Source of the DNA: an uncultured Candidatus Rokubacteria bacterium
GTDB lineage: Bacteria > Methylomirabilota > Methylomirabilia > Rokubacteriales > DASRDR01
NCBI GenBank assembly: GCA_963708025.1
Contig: CAVPSB010000010.1
Span: forward strand, 164,455-228,454
DNA: 64,000 bases
Reading direction: 5' to 3'
The notes below the pieces were generated by a model. The model was not told where the DNA came from. It made no database searches and worked only from the letters and a program-made list of their open reading frames with translations. Position 1 is the first letter of the stretch, and every line of letters begins with the position of its first letter. Of the stretch, positions 1 through 10,082 are shown piece after piece. A program made the position numbers and the translations under genes.

Positions 1-364
1 GACGGCGAACGCCGTGCGGCAACACTTCACCCGGGACGGCGTGCACGACACCGGCTGCCCGCTGAAGGTCTTCCGCCGGGCGGCGCTCGATCGCCTCACC
101 CTCTACCGGGGCATGCACCGGTTCCTGGCCGCGCTGCTCCAGATGGAGGGCTTCCGGGTGCGCGAGGTCCCCGTGCGCCACCGGCCGCGCCACGCGGGTC
201 ACTCGAAGTACGGCAACTGGGGCCGGATGTGGGCCGGGCTGGCCGACCTGTGGGCCGTCCGGTGGATGGCCCGGCGGCGCCTCGACTACGAGATCGCCGA
301 AGAGGCCACGCAGGAGCGACCCCCAGCTGGGACACCCCCCCCGGTTGGAGAACGCCCACGATGA
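1..364 (+). CDS. Glycosyltransferase family 2 (DPM1/ArnC-like), C-terminal part; 5' truncated by window edge
   Basis: Motifs DTGCPLK, GMHRFL, EVPVRHRPRHAGHSKYG; frame open to window start; stop overlaps next ATG (ATGA at 361-364). Confidence 0.85.
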   Translation, partial: TANAVRQHFTRDGVHDTGCPLKVFRRAALDRLTLYRGMHRFLAALLQMEGFRVREVPVRHRPRHAGHSKYGNWGRMWAGLADLWAVRWMARRRLDYEIAEEATQERPPAGTPPPVGERPR

Positions 365-3108
365 GGAGCTTCCGCGGCCTGCTGGTGGTCGTCCTCCTGA
401 TCGCCCTCTTCGCCGGGCTGGAGGCGGTGCCGTTCTTCACGGACTGGCTCTGGTTCGAGGAAGTCGGCTACAGCGCGGTGTTCCTGCGCGTGGTCGCGTT
501 GCGCGGGGCGCTCTTCCTCGTCGTCGGGCTGGCCACCCTCCTCTTCGTCGGCGCCAACCTGCGCGCCGCCGCCTATGCCCGCCCCCCGGACGTCTTCTGG
601 GAGCTGGAGGAGCCCCTGGGCCTGCCCAGCCGCCTGATCCTGGAGCCGCTCTTGCGACGCGCGCTGATCCCGTTCACGGTCGCGGTGGCCCTGCTGTTCG
701 GGCTGACCGCGAGCGCCGAGTGGCAGGCCCTCCTCGTCTACCAGCACGCCCAGTCCTTCGGGGGGGCCCCCGACCCGATCTTCCAGCGCGACATCGGCTT
801 CTACGTCTTCACCCTCCCGCTGTGGCAGCGGGCCCTAGAGTGGGTCTTCCTGCTGATCGGGTTCACGTTTGGCGGGACCGCGCTGATCTACTTCCTCGGC
901 CGCGTGCTGGTGCTGACCGCCCGCGGCCCGGTCATCACCGCGCGGGCCCGGGCCCACCTCCTCGGCCTGCTCGCTCTCCTGCTCTTCGCCAAGTCGCTCG
1001 ATTTCTACCTCGACCGGTTCGAGCTGCTCTACTCGCAGCGGGGCGCCGTCCTCGGGGCGATGTACACGGACGTCCATGCCACGCTCCCCGCGCTGTCGGG
1101 GCTCTCGATCCTGGCCGCGCTGGTCGGGGTGGCCGCCCTGCTGCAGATCTTGCGGCGCGGGGCCCGGCCGGTTCTGGCCGGGGTCGTGGTCCTGGCCGCC
1201 GGATGGCTGGTGGGGCTCTGGGCGTATCCCGCGTTCGTGCAGCGGATCCGGGTGGCCCCGAACGCGCTGGTCGCCGAGAGCCCGTTCATCGGCCACCACA
1301 TCCGCCTCACACGGCGGGCGTTCGCGCTGGACCGCATCGAGGAGCGCGACTTCCCGGCCCGGGAGTCCCTCGAGCCGGCGGATCTCGCCCGCAACGCGAC
1401 GACGCTCAAGAACGTCCGGCTGTGGGACCGCGAGCCGCTTTTGCGCACGTTCGGCCAGCTCCAGGAGATCCGGACCTACTACCGCTTCGTGGACGTGGAC
1501 AACGACCGGTACCGGATCGGGGACGAGTACCGGCAGGTGATGCTGTCGGCGCGCGAGCTCTCCTACCAGAACCTGCCGCGGGACGCCCAGGGCCGGGACG
1601 CCGACCGGCAGTGGATCAACGAGCACCTCCAGTACACCCACGGCTACGGGGTGGTCCTGGGGCCGGTCAACCGGATCACGACCGAAGGGCTCCCCGAGCT
1701 GTTCATCCGCGACATCCCGCCGGTGTCGAACATCCAACTCCGGATCACTCGGCCGGAGATCTACTTCGGCGAGACGGGCAACGAGTACGTCTTCGTCGGC
1801 ACCCGCTCGCGCGAGATCGACTACCCCTCCGGCGACGAGAACGTGTACACGACGTACGAGGGGCGGGGCGGGGTGCCGGTCGGGAGCTTCGGCCGGCGGC
1901 TGCTGCTGGCCCTCCGGTTCGGGTCCTACCGCATCCTGCTGAGCGACGAGATCACCGCGCAGAGCCGGGCGATGTACTACCGGCAGATCGGCGAGCGCGT
2001 ACGGCGGATCGCGCCCTTTCTCCAGTTCGACGCGGACCCCTACCTGGTCATCCGCCAGGACGGCACCCTGGCGTGGATGATCGACGCCTACACCGTCACC
2101 ACGCGCTTCCCCTACGCCGAGCGCGCCCCGGGCTTCGGCAACTACGTGCGGAACTCCGTCAAGGCCGTCGTCGACGCGTACCACGGCACCGTGCGCTTCT
2201 ACCAGGCCGACACCCAGGACCCACTCGTCCGCGCCTACGGGGAGGCCTTCCCGGGGCTCTTCCGGCCGCTGGCCGAGATGCCAGCCGACCTGCGGGCCCA
2301 CGTCCGGTACCCGACCGGCCTCTTCGCCGCCCAGGCTCGGATGTACGCGACCTACCACATGCAGGATCCCCGCGTCTTCTACAACAAGGAGGACCTGTGG
2401 TCGATCCCCCGGCGGACGGACGGCGGCCGGGAGCAGGACCTCGATCCCTACTTCACCATCATGCGGCTGCCGGGCGAGGCGCGGGAGGAGTTCGTCCTCC
2501 TGATGCTCTACACGCCACTGCGGCGGGACAACATGATCGCCTGGCTGGCCGCCCGCTCCGACGGTGACCACTACGGGCGGCTCAGCGCGTTCCTGTTCCC
2601 GAAGCAGCGCCTGGTCTACGGGCCCCGGCAGATCGCCGCCCGGATCGACCAGGACCCGGTGATCGCGCAGCAGCTCTCGCTCTGGAACCAGCGCGGCTCG
2701 ACCGTCATCCGGGGGAGCCTCCTCGCCATCCCCATCGAGGAGTCGCTCATCTACGTGGAGCCGATGTACCTGGCCGCCGAGAAGGGCTCGATCCCGGAGC
2801 TGAAGCGGGTGTTCGTCGCGTACGGCAACCAGATCGCGATGGAGGAGACCCTCGAGGCCTCGCTCCAGGCCATCTTCGGGCGCCGGCCGGCGCCGGGGCC
2901 GGTCTCGGTCCCCGAGGGGTCGCCGCGCCCGCCGGGCGGGGAGGGCGTGGGGGCGCTGGTCGGCCGGGCGTGGGAGGCCTGGAATCGCGCCCAGGACTCG
3001 CTGCGGCGCGGCGACTGGTCGGCGTACGGTGAGGCCCAGAAGCGGCTGGAGGAAGCGCTGCGCGCGCTGCGGGAGCGCGCCGGCCCACCTGCCTCCGCTC
3101 GCCAGTAG
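361..3108 (+). CDS. UPF0182 family integral membrane protein
   Basis: DWLWF, DIGFYVF, NVRLWD, VDVDNDRY, YTHGYG, PEIYFGE, NYVRNSVKAVVDAY and LIYVEPMY motifs; start placed at the ATG overlapping the upstream stop. Confidence 0.92.
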   Translation: MRSFRGLLVVVLLIALFAGLEAVPFFTDWLWFEEVGYSAVFLRVVALRGALFLVVGLATLLFVGANLRAAAYARPPDVFWELEEPLGLPSRLILEPLLRRALIPFTVAVALLFGLTASAEWQALLVYQHAQSFGGAPDPIFQRDIGFYVFTLPLWQRALEWVFLLIGFTFGGTALIYFLGRVLVLTARGPVITARARAHLLGLLALLLFAKSLDFYLDRFELLYSQRGAVLGAMYTDVHATLPALSGLSILAALVGVAALLQILRRGARPVLAGVVVLAAGWLVGLWAYPAFVQRIRVAPNALVAESPFIGHHIRLTRRAFALDRIEERDFPARESLEPADLARNATTLKNVRLWDREPLLRTFGQLQEIRTYYRFVDVDNDRYRIGDEYRQVMLSARELSYQNLPRDAQGRDADRQWINEHLQYTHGYGVVLGPVNRITTEGLPELFIRDIPPVSNIQLRITRPEIYFGETGNEYVFVGTRSREIDYPSGDENVYTTYEGRGGVPVGSFGRRLLLALRFGSYRILLSDEITAQSRAMYYRQIGERVRRIAPFLQFDADPYLVIRQDGTLAWMIDAYTVTTRFPYAERAPGFGNYVRNSVKAVVDAYHGTVRFYQADTQDPLVRAYGEAFPGLFRPLAEMPADLRAHVRYPTGLFAAQARMYATYHMQDPRVFYNKEDLWSIPRRTDGGREQDLDPYFTIMRLPGEAREEFVLLMLYTPLRRDNMIAWLAARSDGDHYGRLSAFLFPKQRLVYGPRQIAARIDQDPVIAQQLSLWNQRGSTVIRGSLLAIPIEESLIYVEPMYLAAEKGSIPELKRVFVAYGNQIAMEETLEASLQAIFGRRPAPGPVSVPEGSPRPPGGEGVGALVGRAWEAWNRAQDSLRRGDWSAYGEAQKRLEEALRALRERAGPPASARQ

Positions 3109-3247
3109 GCGCCTCGAGAGCCTTCTCAGACCCCGCGATGTTCTCAGGGGCCGAGTGAACCAATGTCGGCGGCTCTGACTTCTCGCCACCCGTCGGCTTC
3201 TCGCAACCCTTTGACGCCGGCCACTCGGTCGTGGCGTTCCGCTCCGA

Positions 3248-3309
3248 GCCGCGGCTTCGCCGCGGCCTCCGAGGGGGGGCATCGGGGGGTCTTCCGAGAC
3301 CCCCCCGAT
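3248..3309. repeat. REP-like double-hairpin element, copy 1
   Basis: gccgcggcTTCgccgcggc plus atcggggggtct-tccg-agacccccccgat; its reverse complement closely matches 19103-19162; lies between convergent genes. Confidence 0.75.
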
Positions 3310-3315
3310 AAGCTC

Positions 3316-5664
3316 TCAGGTCCGGGCGCGGAGGTACAGGAAGAGCCCGAGCGACGCGAACAGGAAGTTGGCCGACCACGCCGCCACGATCGGGGGCAGC
3401 ACGTCCGTCCGAGCCAGCGCCACCGCCGCCGAGTGGACGACGAAGTAGGCGAGCCCCAGCGCCAGACAGAGGGCGATGCCGATGATCCGGCCCCCGCGGG
3501 GCGACTGCAGGGCGAACGGGATCCCGACCAGCACCATGATCAGGTGCGCGAACGGATAGGACATCTTCGCGTAGAGGTCCACCAGGTACTTGCCGACCTT
3601 GTGGCCCCCCTCCTGCAGCCGGCTGATATACTCCCGTAGCTCGATGTAGTTCATCACGTCCGGCGCCTTCGGGACCTGGGCGAAGTCGGCGAAGCGCTCG
3701 GGGAGCCGCAGGGGCTGCTCCCGGTACCCCTGGACCCGGTCGGGCTGGCCGCGCTCGAACTCGCGGAGGACGCCGTCCCGTAGCTCCCAGGTCTGGTCCG
3801 ACTCCCGCCAGCGCATGACACGGGAATCCCACCGGCGGTGGATGCCGAAGTCCCGATCCAGCTCGAGGACCGACGTCCCACTCATCTCCTGGTTGGCCGG
3901 GTCGAGCAGTTCGATGTGGTAGATGCGGCTCTCGCTGGCCCCGCCCTCCTTGCCGCGGTACCAGATCTGGCTCCGCTTCTGGAGGTGCGGGAGGGTGCGT
4001 CGTTTGATCTTGCTCTCGTCGACCTCGGTGCCCTTCTGGTTCAGCACCGGCAACAGGATCTCCTGGAAGGACAGGGCGGCCACCGTCACGATGGCCGCCA
4101 GGCCGAACACCGGCAGGCTCACCCGGTAGAGACTGATCCCGCAAGCCTTCAGGGCGGTCAGCTCGTTGCTTCGGGAGAGGTTGAGGAACAGGAGGATCGT
4201 GCTCATGAGCACCACGATGTGGAGCCCCTGGTAGACGAACGGCGGCGTGCGATAGATGAAGTGCTCGATGATGTACCACACTGGGGGCTTTTGCCGGATG
4301 TACCGGTCGAGGGTGGTCATGAGGTCGCCGACGATCACCACCACCGTGGCTAGCGCAAGGCCGTAGACGAAGAAGGTCAGGAACTCGCGGGAGAGATAGC
4401 GGTCCACGATGTGGAGGGCGTTGCTCCGGGCGACCCGACGCAGCCGTCGGCGCAGGCGGCGGCCGCTCGCGCGGTGTGCCGGTCGCTGGAAGCGGAGCCG
4501 GCGCACGGCGCGGGCGGCGGCGGCGAACATCTGCTGCCGGGCGGCGACGAAGGGCAGCGGCCGCTCCTTGACGTTGGCCCACAGAAGATACAGGCCGAGG
4601 GCCCCGACCACCACGTTGGGCGTCCACATCGCGGCCCACGCCGGGATCCGGCGGGCGTCGCCGAGCGTCTCGCCCACCGTCAGGAAGATGTAGTAGAAGA
4701 GGACGACCGGGAGCAGCACCACGAAGGCGGCCCAGCGGCCGCCGCGGTGGGCGCGGATGCCGAGCGGCACGCCCACGATGGCGAAGACGAGACAGGCCGA
4801 CGGGATGGCGTACTTCTTGTGGATCTCGACCAGGTACGGGGCGGAGTTGGCGCCGACGGCGCCGGCCCGGGCGGCGTTCTCGTGGAGCTCGGTCAGCGAC
4901 ATCTCCCGGTCGCCCTTGGGGGCGTCGCCCGACTTGACCAGCGGGTTCTCCAGCGTCAGCGTGAGGTCGTAGAGCCGGAACATCACCTGCCGGTATTTCT
5001 GCAGGGTGCGGGGACCGGTCTCGTGGACGGTGCCGTTGACGAGGCGGAGCGTCACCCGCCGGTTGACCTCGTCGGACAGGAGGCGGCCTTCCTTGGCGGT
5101 GATCAGCCGGATCCCGTCGGGGTTGCGCTCGTCGGCCACGAAGACGTTCCGGAGACCGATCTGATCGGGCGCCATCTCCTCGATGTAGATGACGAAGTTC
5201 CCGAAGGTGTCGTTGAAGATGCGCTCCTTGAGGCCGACCGAGGCCTGGGTGCGGAGGATGTCGAAGACGAGGGATTTGAACGCGTAGTTGGCGCGGGGGA
5301 CCGCCTCGATCATGAGCCAGCCGGTCAGGACGCCGGTGGCGGCGGCGAAGACCAGGACCGGGCGGAGCAGGCGGAGCGGGCTCACTCCCGACGCCTTGAG
5401 GGCCACGATCTCCATGTCGGCCGACAGGCGTCCGAACGCCACCAGGATGGCCAGCAGGAAGCCGATCGGGATGGTGAGGACGAGGAAGGCCGGCAGGATG
5501 TAGGCGAGCAGCAGGGCCACCAGGTACACCGGCACGCCCTTGTTGATGATGAGGTCGGTGAGGTCGAAGATCTTGTCGAGGAGCAGCAGGAAGGTGAAGA
5601 CGAAGATTCCGAGGACGAACGGGAACAGAAGCTCCTTCCACACGTAGCGGTCGATGATCTTCAC
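3316..5664 (-). CDS. lptFG: Fused LPS export permease LptF-LptG
   Basis: Two tandem YjgP/YjgQ units: IIDRYVWKE...GRLSADMEIVALKASGVS...EIHKK, then IVDRYLSRE...LSRSNELTALKACGIS...AAWSAN. Confidence 0.9.
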   Translation of the reverse strand: MKIIDRYVWKELLFPFVLGIFVFTFLLLLDKIFDLTDLIINKGVPVYLVALLLAYILPAFLVLTIPIGFLLAILVAFGRLSADMEIVALKASGVSPLRLLRPVLVFAAATGVLTGWLMIEAVPRANYAFKSLVFDILRTQASVGLKERIFNDTFGNFVIYIEEMAPDQIGLRNVFVADERNPDGIRLITAKEGRLLSDEVNRRVTLRLVNGTVHETGPRTLQKYRQVMFRLYDLTLTLENPLVKSGDAPKGDREMSLTELHENAARAGAVGANSAPYLVEIHKKYAIPSACLVFAIVGVPLGIRAHRGGRWAAFVVLLPVVLFYYIFLTVGETLGDARRIPAWAAMWTPNVVVGALGLYLLWANVKERPLPFVAARQQMFAAAARAVRRLRFQRPAHRASGRRLRRRLRRVARSNALHIVDRYLSREFLTFFVYGLALATVVVIVGDLMTTLDRYIRQKPPVWYIIEHFIYRTPPFVYQGLHIVVLMSTILLFLNLSRSNELTALKACGISLYRVSLPVFGLAAIVTVAALSFQEILLPVLNQKGTEVDESKIKRRTLPHLQKRSQIWYRGKEGGASESRIYHIELLDPANQEMSGTSVLELDRDFGIHRRWDSRVMRWRESDQTWELRDGVLREFERGQPDRVQGYREQPLRLPERFADFAQVPKAPDVMNYIELREYISRLQEGGHKVGKYLVDLYAKMSYPFAHLIMVLVGIPFALQSPRGGRIIGIALCLALGLAYFVVHSAAVALARTDVLPPIVAAWSANFLFASLGLFLYLRART

Positions 5665-5682
5665 GCGGCGTCCTCGGTGGTC

Positions 5683-5691
5683 ATTCTAGCA
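5683..5691 (-). promoter_or_regulatory. Extended -10 promoter element (TGcTAGAAT) for lptFG
   Basis: TGn-TAGAAT on the minus strand about 20 nt upstream of the GTG start. Confidence 0.5.
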
Positions 5692-5749
5692 GGCGCCGCG
5701 TGCCGATCGGCCACCGGATCGCCCCCCGGCACCCGCGTCCGGAGCGGAA

Positions 5750-5758
5750 TGCTACAAT
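5750..5758 (+). promoter_or_regulatory. Extended -10 promoter element (TGcTACAAT) for valS
   Basis: TGn-TACAAT ending 7 nt before in-frame ATG 5766. Confidence 0.55.
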
Positions 5759-5765
5759 GACCCCC

Positions 5766-8456
5766 ATGTCGGATGCGTCCACCCCCGACCGCTCCGAGCC
5801 GGGCAGCGCCGCCCCGGCGGTCGCGCTGCCCGACCGCTACGACCCGCGCCAGGCCGAGGAGCGCTGGTACCGGGTCTGGGAGGAGCGGGGCTACTTCCGG
5901 GCCGACCCCTTCTCGAAGGCGAAGCCCTACTGCATCGTCATCCCGCCCCCCAACGTCACCGGCTCGCTCCACGTTGGCCACGCCCTGGACATCACGCTCC
6001 AGGACATCCTGATCCGCTGGAAGCGGATGGACGGCTTCAACACCCTCTGGCAGCCGGGAACGGACCACGCCGGGATCGCCACCCAGGTGGTGGTCGAGCG
6101 GCAGCTGGTGGCCGAGGGGACCACCCGGGAGGCGCTCGGACGCGAGGCCTTCGTCAAGCGGGTCTGGCAGTGGAAGGAGCAGTCCGGCGGCACCATCGTC
6201 CGACAGCTCAAGCGGCTCGGCGCCTCGTGCGACTGGGAGCGGGAGCGCTTCACGATGGACCCGGGCCTCTCGGCGGCGGTCCGCGAGGTCTTCGTGCGGC
6301 TGTGGGAGGACGGGCTGATCTACCGGGGCGACTACATCGTCAACTGGTGCCCCCGGTGCCGGACGGTCCTCTCCAACGAGGAGGTCGAGCACGAGGAGCG
6401 GGACGCCGAGCTCTACTACATCAAGTACGGCCCCCTCACCCTGGCCACGGTGCGGCCCGAGACCAAGCTCGGCGACACCGCCCTGGCCGTGCACCCGAAG
6501 GATCGGCGCTACGCCCGGTACGTGGGACAGACCCTGACCATCCCCTCGGTCGAGGGCACGATCGAGATGAAGGTCGTGGCCGACGCGGCGGTGGACCCGA
6601 AGTTCGGCACCGGGGTGATCAAGGTGACGCCGGGCCACGACCCCGTTGACTTCGAGATCGGCCGCCGCCACGGGCTCGAGGTGCGGCAGGTGATCGACGT
6701 CGACGCCCGGATGAACGAGCGGGCGGGGAAGTACCGCGGGCTCGATCGCTTCGAGGCCCGGCGGACGATCGTCGAGGACATGCGGGGGCTCGGCCTGATC
6801 GAGAAGGTGGAGCCGTACCGGCACCGGGTCGGCGTCTGCTACCGCTGTAAGACCGTGGTGGAGCCGCTCGTCTCCAAGCAGTGGTACGTCCGCACGAAGC
6901 CCCTGGCCGAGCCCGCGATCGCCGCCGTGCGCCAGGGCCGGACGCGGATCGTCCCCCGGCAGTGGACCAAGACGTATCACGCCTGGATGGGGAACATCCG
7001 CGACTGGTGCATCTCGCGCCAGCTCTGGTGGGGGCACCGGCTCCCGGTCTGGTACTGCGACGCCGACGGGAGCGTGCACGTCTCCCGCGAGGACCCCACC
7101 GAGTGTCCGCAGTGCCACGGCCCGCTCCGCCAGGACGAGGACGTCCTCGACACCTGGTTCTCGTCGGCCCTGTGGCCGTTCTCCACGCTCGGCTGGCCCC
7201 GCGAGACGCCGGAGCTGAAGACGTTCTATCCGACCTCGTGCCTGGTGACCGGCTTCGACATCCTCTTCTTCTGGGTGGCCCGCATGATGATGATGGGCCT
7301 CCGCTTCATGGGGGAGGTCCCGTTCCGCGACGTGTACATCCACGCCCTGGTGCGGGACATCGAAGGCCAGAAGATGTCGAAGTCCCGGGGGAACGTGGTC
7401 GATCCGCTGGAAGTCATGGAGCAGTACGGGACCGACGCCCTGCGCTTCACGCTGGCCGCGCTCGCCGCCCAGGGCCGGGACATCCGCCTGTCCGGCGAGC
7501 GGGTCGAGGGCTACCGGAACTTCGCCAACAAGATCTGGAATGCCGCTCGGTTCGTCCTCGCCAACCTCGGCGACTACCGGCCGCGCGCCCGCAAGGCCGC
7601 GCCGACGCTGGCCGACCGGTGGATCCTGAGCCGGCTGGCGCGGACGATCTCCGACGTGCAGCGGGCCCTGAAGGCCTATCGATTCAACGAGGCGGCCGGC
7701 GCGCTCTACCAGTTCCTCTGGCACGACTACTGCGACTGGTACCTCGAGTGGTCCAAGCTGACGCTCTATCGCGGTGACGACCCCGCCGCCCGGGCTCGGA
7801 CCCAGGCGACCCTCCTGGAGGTGCTGGAGATTACCCTCCGGCTCCTGCACCCCTTCATGCCCTTCATCACCGAGGAGATCTGGCAGAAGCTGCCGAAGGG
7901 GCGGGGGGCGCCCGACAGCATCATGGCCGCCCGCTTCCCGCGGCGGCGACGGATGGACCCGACCGCCGAGGCGGAGTTCGGCCCGATCATCGACGCGGTC
8001 ACGAAGATCCGGAACATCCGCAGCGAGATGCAGATCCCACCCGCGCGGCCGCTGACCGCGCTGATCCGGCCGCGGACGGCGGCGCTGGAGGGTATCTTAC
8101 AAAACTGCCTGGCGTCCATCGCCGCGCTCGCCCGGGCCGACCTGCGGGTGGACCGGGAGATCGTCCGCCCCACGAAATCGGCCATCGCCGTGAGCGAGGC
8201 GGGGGAGGTCTACGTTCCGCTCGAGGGCGTGATCGATGTCGGGGCCGAGCGTCGGCGGCTCGAGCGGGAGCTGGGCCGCGCCGAGGAGGAGCTGGGCCGG
8301 CTGGACGGCAAGCTCGGGCGCGCCGAGTTCCGCGAGCGGGCGCCGGCCGAGGTCGTGGCGCGGGAGGAGGCGCGGCGGGCCGAGCACGCGGCCCTGGCCG
8401 CCAGGCTCCGGGAGGCCCTGGGGCGGCTCGATGCGCTGGGCGAGTCTGGCGCCTGA
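5766..8456 (+). CDS. valS: Valine--tRNA ligase
   Basis: PPPNVTGSLHVGH (HIGH), GTDHAGIATQ, DWCISRQLWWGH, KMSKS and the C-terminal coiled-coil arm; start 5757 or 5766. Confidence 0.97.
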   Translation: MSDASTPDRSEPGSAAPAVALPDRYDPRQAEERWYRVWEERGYFRADPFSKAKPYCIVIPPPNVTGSLHVGHALDITLQDILIRWKRMDGFNTLWQPGTDHAGIATQVVVERQLVAEGTTREALGREAFVKRVWQWKEQSGGTIVRQLKRLGASCDWERERFTMDPGLSAAVREVFVRLWEDGLIYRGDYIVNWCPRCRTVLSNEEVEHEERDAELYYIKYGPLTLATVRPETKLGDTALAVHPKDRRYARYVGQTLTIPSVEGTIEMKVVADAAVDPKFGTGVIKVTPGHDPVDFEIGRRHGLEVRQVIDVDARMNERAGKYRGLDRFEARRTIVEDMRGLGLIEKVEPYRHRVGVCYRCKTVVEPLVSKQWYVRTKPLAEPAIAAVRQGRTRIVPRQWTKTYHAWMGNIRDWCISRQLWWGHRLPVWYCDADGSVHVSREDPTECPQCHGPLRQDEDVLDTWFSSALWPFSTLGWPRETPELKTFYPTSCLVTGFDILFFWVARMMMMGLRFMGEVPFRDVYIHALVRDIEGQKMSKSRGNVVDPLEVMEQYGTDALRFTLAALAAQGRDIRLSGERVEGYRNFANKIWNAARFVLANLGDYRPRARKAAPTLADRWILSRLARTISDVQRALKAYRFNEAAGALYQFLWHDYCDWYLEWSKLTLYRGDDPAARARTQATLLEVLEITLRLLHPFMPFITEEIWQKLPKGRGAPDSIMAARFPRRRRMDPTAEAEFGPIIDAVTKIRNIRSEMQIPPARPLTALIRPRTAALEGILQNCLASIAALARADLRVDREIVRPTKSAIAVSEAGEVYVPLEGVIDVGAERRRLERELGRAEEELGRLDGKLGRAEFRERAPAEVVAREEARRAEHAALAARLREALGRLDALGESGA

Positions 8457-9096
8457 CCTCGCCCCCGATCCCGAGCTGACGGCGGCCTTCGCCGGCTGCC
8501 TCCCCGGGGGGCGGCTGGCCGGGCCGCTCCTCGCCTTCGCCGCCGTCGACTCGACGCAGACCATCGGCCGCCGCCTCGCCGCCGAGGGCGCGCCGGAGGG
8601 GACGGTGATCGTCGCCGACGCCCAGCGGGCCGGGCGCGGGCAGCGGGGGCGGACCTGGACGGCGCCCCCCGGCGCCGGCCTGCTCGTCTCCTGTCTGCTG
8701 CGGCCGCCGCTCCCTCCGTCCCGCTGGCCCACGCTGACGCTGGTGGGGGCCGCCGCCGTGGTCGACGCGGTCCGCGACCTGACGGGCATCCCGGCCCGGC
8801 TCAAGTGGCCGAACGACGTCCTCGTGGAGGAGCGGAAGCTGGCCGGGGTGCTGGCCGAGAGCGTCGTGAGCCCGGCCCCTTTCATCGTGATGGGCCTCGG
8901 GGTCAACGTGGGGCAGCGGGCCGAGGCTTGGCCCCCGGAGCTCCGGGGCCGCGCCGTCTCCCTGGCCGAGCTCGGGCACCCGGTCCCTCGCGCCAATCTC
9001 CTGGCCGCCCTGCTGGCGCGGATCGAGACGCGGTACGAAGCCTACCTGGCGGGCGCCCCGGGCGATCGGCTCGCGGGGACACCCGGTCGCCGCTGA
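8431..9096 (+). CDS. birA: Biotin--protein ligase (monofunctional, no HTH)
   Basis: DSTQ, QRAGRGQRGRTW, LKWPNDVL, KLAGVLAE, GLGVNV. Confidence 0.9.
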   Translation: MRWASLAPDLAPDPELTAAFAGCLPGGRLAGPLLAFAAVDSTQTIGRRLAAEGAPEGTVIVADAQRAGRGQRGRTWTAPPGAGLLVSCLLRPPLPPSRWPTLTLVGAAAVVDAVRDLTGIPARLKWPNDVLVEERKLAGVLAESVVSPAPFIVMGLGVNVGQRAEAWPPELRGRAVSLAELGHPVPRANLLAALLARIETRYEAYLAGAPGDRLAGTPGRR

Positions 9097-9902
9097 TGCT
9101 CCTGGTGATCGACGTCGGCAACACCAACACCAAGCTCGGCGTCTACGCGGGGCCGCGCCTGGTGGCCTCCTCGCGCCTCACCACGCGGCGGGAGCAGACG
9201 GCGGACGAGTACGGCGTCTATACCCAGACGCTCCTGCGGGACCGCGGGATCGATCCGGGCGACATCACCGGCGTCGCGCTCTCCTCCACGGTGCCCCGGG
9301 TGCAGGGGACCCTGGAGGAGATGGCGCTCCGGTACTTCCGGGTGACCGCGCTGGTGGTCGAGCCGGGCGTGAACGTCCCTGTCCCGATCCTCGTCGACTA
9401 CCCGCGCGAGGTGGGACCGGATCGGGTGGTGAAGGTGGTGGCGGCCGTCGAGCTGTACCGCCCGCCGCTCATCATCATCGACTTCGGCACCGCCACCGTC
9501 TTCGACTGCGTCTCCGCGCGCGGCGAGTTCATCGGGGGCGCGATCGCCCCGGGCATCGCGATCGCCAGCGAGGCGCTGACGTCGAGGGCGGCCCGGCTGT
9601 TCGGGGTCGAGCTGACGCGGCCGAAGGAGGCGATCGGCCGGAACACCGTGACGAACATCCAGTCGGGCATCATCTACGGCTACGCGGGGCTCGTCGATGG
9701 CCTGGTCGACCGGATGCGGGTGGAGATGGGCGGAACCGTCACCGTGGTGGCGACCGGCGGGCTCGTCGGGCTGATCCAGCCGGTGGCCGCCTCGATCCAG
9801 ATCGTGAACCCGCACCTCACCCTCGAGGGCCTGCGGCTCGTCTACGAGCGGGCCGCCCCGGCGAGCGGATCGCCGCCAGCGAGCGGGCCCCGCCCAGCTT
9901 GA
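9096..9902 (+). CDS. coaX: Type III pantothenate kinase
   Basis: MLLVIDVGNTN, GPDR, IDFGTATVFD, GGAIAPG, VVATGG, LTLEGL. Confidence 0.95.
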   Translation: MLLVIDVGNTNTKLGVYAGPRLVASSRLTTRREQTADEYGVYTQTLLRDRGIDPGDITGVALSSTVPRVQGTLEEMALRYFRVTALVVEPGVNVPVPILVDYPREVGPDRVVKVVAAVELYRPPLIIIDFGTATVFDCVSARGEFIGGAIAPGIAIASEALTSRAARLFGVELTRPKEAIGRNTVTNIQSGIIYGYAGLVDGLVDRMRVEMGGTVTVVATGGLVGLIQPVAASIQIVNPHLTLEGLRLVYERAAPASGSPPASGPRPA

Positions 9903-9928
9903 CACCGCGTGGGGGCGGCACCTATAAT
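9899..9928 (+). promoter_or_regulatory. Sigma70 consensus promoter for guaB3-guaA
   Basis: Perfect TTGACA (9899-9904), 18-nt spacer, perfect TATAAT (9923-9928). Confidence 0.85.
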
Positions 9929-9934
9929 CTCCCA

Positions 9935-10082
9935 ACATCTTGGGGGGTCGGGGCGGGGTGATCCCAACCGGTAGCGGAGCAGGCCGGAGCGTGGTGGGCC
10001 GAGGACGGAGCCGCCCTGGGACTCGGGTGGGACGACGGGATGCGACGGCCATCGGCCCGGCGGCCTGAGGAGGACTGAGGGC
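9935..10082 (+). ncRNA. Candidate structured 5' leader (cis-regulatory RNA) of the IMPDH/GMP synthase operon
   Basis: About 150 nt between promoter and start; nested stems 9980-9986/10061-10067, 9996-10002/10052-10058 and 10011-10016/10025-10030; GAGGAGG directly follows the outer stem. Confidence 0.35.

Noticed and set aside
9935..10082. Known riboswitch (purine, ZTP, ykkC), SRP or 6S RNA
   Set aside because: Diagnostic conserved motifs not found by eye; kept only as an unassigned candidate
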